A stretch of DNA of 36,078 bases from Candidatus Hydrogenedentota bacterium (GTDB lineage Bacteria > Hydrogenedentota > Hydrogenedentia > Hydrogenedentales > SLHB01), in NCBI GenBank assembly GCA_045863295.1, contig BTWA01000019.1, positions 1-36,078 of the forward strand, given 5' to 3'. A program made the translations under genes and the position numbers. Shown here piece by piece: positions 34,245 through 36,078 of this stretch. How positions within the stretch are numbered: the first letter of the stretch is position 1; every line of letters starts with the position of its first letter. The notes beneath the pieces are model-generated. The model made no database searches. It was not told the origin of the DNA and worked only from the letters and a program-made list of their open reading frames with translations.

Positions 34245-35849
34245 CTACGATTGGGCTTCCGTGTTCGCCATGCTCTCCGGGGTGCGCGTGGGCGATCCAA
34301 TCGCCCGGTACAACGCGATCCGCAACGAAACCAGAAAACGGCGTTCCAGGATTAATTCCCGTTGCACGTCCTGCAGATCCTGCAGCGCGGTCAACACGGG
34401 CAGGTAGTCGGTCACGCCGAGTCCGTAGCGGATGCGCGCTTCTTCAACGGTTCTGCGGAGTATTTCTTCGCGCTTTGCGAGCGCGTCGATGCGTTCGCGT
34501 TGGCGGGCTTCCTGCCAGAGGCTGTTTTCCACTTCTTCAATCGCCACCAGGTATGCGCCGGTGTAGGCAAGCAACAACTCCTGCCAGTTGGCGCGCGCGG
34601 CATCGACGGCGGCTTTGCGCAGGCCCCAATCGACCAACGGCTGCAACAGTGCGGCGGCGCCCGATCCGCTCAGGCGCGATTCGCCCGCCACATCGCCGAA
34701 GGCGAACGAACCGCTGAGCGTGACTTGCGGCAGGCGTTCGGCAATCGCCGCGGCAATTTCGTGATCCGCCGCGACGGCGAGCCGTTGCAGGGATTTCAGA
34801 TCGGGCCGGTTCTGCAACAACGCCAACGGCACACCCACCGGGGGCAGCGCAGCGCTGTCCGGAAAAAGCGATTCGTCCAACGCGGTTCGATCCTTGCCGT
34901 CGGGCGGCACGCCCAGGAGCACGTCCATGCGGTTTTCCTGCACGCCGACGCGGGACAGCACGACGGGAATTTCGGTGTCGATTTCGGCGAGTTGGTCGCG
35001 CTGCTGCAACACGTCCACTACGGATGCGTCGCCCTGGAGGAACCGGAGTTCGAGCAAATCGAGGAGCGTCTTCGCGAGGTCCCGTTGTTCCAGAAGCAGC
35101 TTGTGCTGCATGCGTTGTTCGACCGCCTGATAGTACGTGTCGGCGACTTGGGCGGAAAGCACCAGCCTCAAGGCGTCGTACTCCAGCGTCAAGGCCGCGA
35201 GTTCTTCCCGGCGGGCGCGCGCCAGGGATTTCAGCCGGCCCCAGAGGTCGAGTTCCCAACGGAAGCCGATGCCGCTGTTGAATTCGGTTTCCAAGGAATC
35301 GTAGTCGAACCGTTCATCCTCGCCCGCGTCGTCCGTGCTGCCCAACGCGAGTAGATTCTCCGCGATGTTCTGGCTCGCGCCCGTGGCGGCCTCGCCGCCT
35401 TCCAACAGGGCCGTCGCGTCTTCCGCCGAAGCGGCCATCTGGTTGACGAGCGCTTCCAGTTCATCCAGCTTGGTGGGCTCATCGCTTGTGTCGGGGTTCA
35501 GGAGCTTTTCCCAACGCCGTTCGACGTCCGCGTCGAAACCGATTTGGGGTAATCGTTGCGCCCGCGCTTGTTTTACGAATGCCTGGGCCAGTTCCACGCG
35601 GATGAGCCCTTGGGCGAGGGTGAAGTTGTTCGCCAGGGCCGATTCGATGAGCGCGCTGAGTTCGTCGTCCTGAAGCTCCGTCCACCACGGTCCCTGAACG
35701 GGAGCCCCGGTGGATTGCTGGGTATAAGCAGGCGGCACGTCTATAAGCGGTTGCGGGTCGGTGTTGGGCGCATGAGTCACGCAGCCGGCCAGGCATGCAA
35801 GGGCCGGAATGGCATAGGCAGTCCATTGGAGGCGTCTGGGAAGTCGCAC
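34245..35849 (-). CDS. Outer membrane efflux factor (NodT/OprM-type lipoprotein)
   Basis: Lipobox LAG-C. WW..L.D..L..LI..ALANN, WELDLWG, LLQNRPDL and Y..G..DYL.VL motifs. Confidence 0.93.
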   Translation of the reverse strand: MRLPRRLQWTAYAIPALACLAGCVTHAPNTDPQPLIDVPPAYTQQSTGAPVQGPWWTELQDDELSALIESALANNFTLAQGLIRVELAQAFVKQARAQRLPQIGFDADVERRWEKLLNPDTSDEPTKLDELEALVNQMAASAEDATALLEGGEAATGASQNIAENLLALGSTDDAGEDERFDYDSLETEFNSGIGFRWELDLWGRLKSLARARREELAALTLEYDALRLVLSAQVADTYYQAVEQRMQHKLLLEQRDLAKTLLDLLELRFLQGDASVVDVLQQRDQLAEIDTEIPVVLSRVGVQENRMDVLLGVPPDGKDRTALDESLFPDSAALPPVGVPLALLQNRPDLKSLQRLAVAADHEIAAAIAERLPQVTLSGSFAFGDVAGESRLSGSGAAALLQPLVDWGLRKAAVDAARANWQELLLAYTGAYLVAIEEVENSLWQEARQRERIDALAKREEILRRTVEEARIRYGLGVTDYLPVLTALQDLQDVQRELILERRFLVSLRIALYRAIGSPTRTPESMANTEAQS

Positions 35850-36078
35850 TACTTAACTCTTCCGCGTCAATGATGGCAGGGCAACTTGCCCCCGCACACA
35901 GGCATCGGGCCGCTCCGCCGCGCGCTCGACCCGACAAGTATAAAGGACCTACGCCGTCAATTGAAGTATCCCGGTCAGCGGACGCGCCACGGCACCGTAG
36001 GTCATTGTTGTGGGCGGGTGGGGGGTCACAGCCACCACCAGGGTGTTGTTAAATGGAGGTCCTCAGGTGAGTTGCAGT

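Noticed and set aside
35945..36003. GACCTACG/CGTAGGTC stem upstream of the efflux operon, with TPP-like fragments (GCTGA, GGCGTAGG)
   Set aside because: It lacks the UGAGA and ACCUGAU core of TPP riboswitches. An 8-bp stem alone is insufficient.
36063..36078. Possible 3' end of an upstream minus-strand gene (LQLT-stop)
   Set aside because: Too short to support a call.

Overview
A GC-rich window from a diderm bacterium (it carries lnt and a TolC-type outer-membrane factor). Gene style and repeat families suggest a Hydrogenedentota/PVC-like organism, but this is inference only. The left end (1-1530) is the edge of an integrative element: an intact tyrosine integrase sits directly downstream of the 3' CCA end of a one-piece tmRNA gene (ssrA, 1531-1888, tag AKNQQFALAA). 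The integrase has its own near-consensus sigma70 promoter and tandem repeats over its RBS, and the element's cargo lies beyond the window. The rest looks chromosomal: a phosphoethanolamine N-methyltransferase-like gene, an FG-GAP protein, a lipoprotein, an ECF sigma/anti-sigma pair, an HCF101-type Mrp protein, a large clan-A glycoside hydrolase, a duplicated-domain secreted protein, a pseudo-REC/Zn-ribbon/degenerate-GGDEF protein, a PilC-N/DUF6982/TPR - metallophosphoesterase - dGTPase - PNP cluster, galK, a 10-EF-hand protein, lnt-murJ, a radical SAM fusion and an OMF-MFP-RND efflux operon. Two intergenic regions hold REP/REPIN-like palindromic repeat clusters. I found no CRISPR array, rRNA or tRNA. 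I cannot prove a complete new system from this window. The best leads are the eukaryote-type phosphobase methyltransferase, the PilC-N/DUF6982/TPR fusion with its nucleotide-catabolism neighbours, the dead-GGDEF Zn-ribbon receptor and the ssrA island control region. All family assignments come from motif recognition by eye, not database searches.
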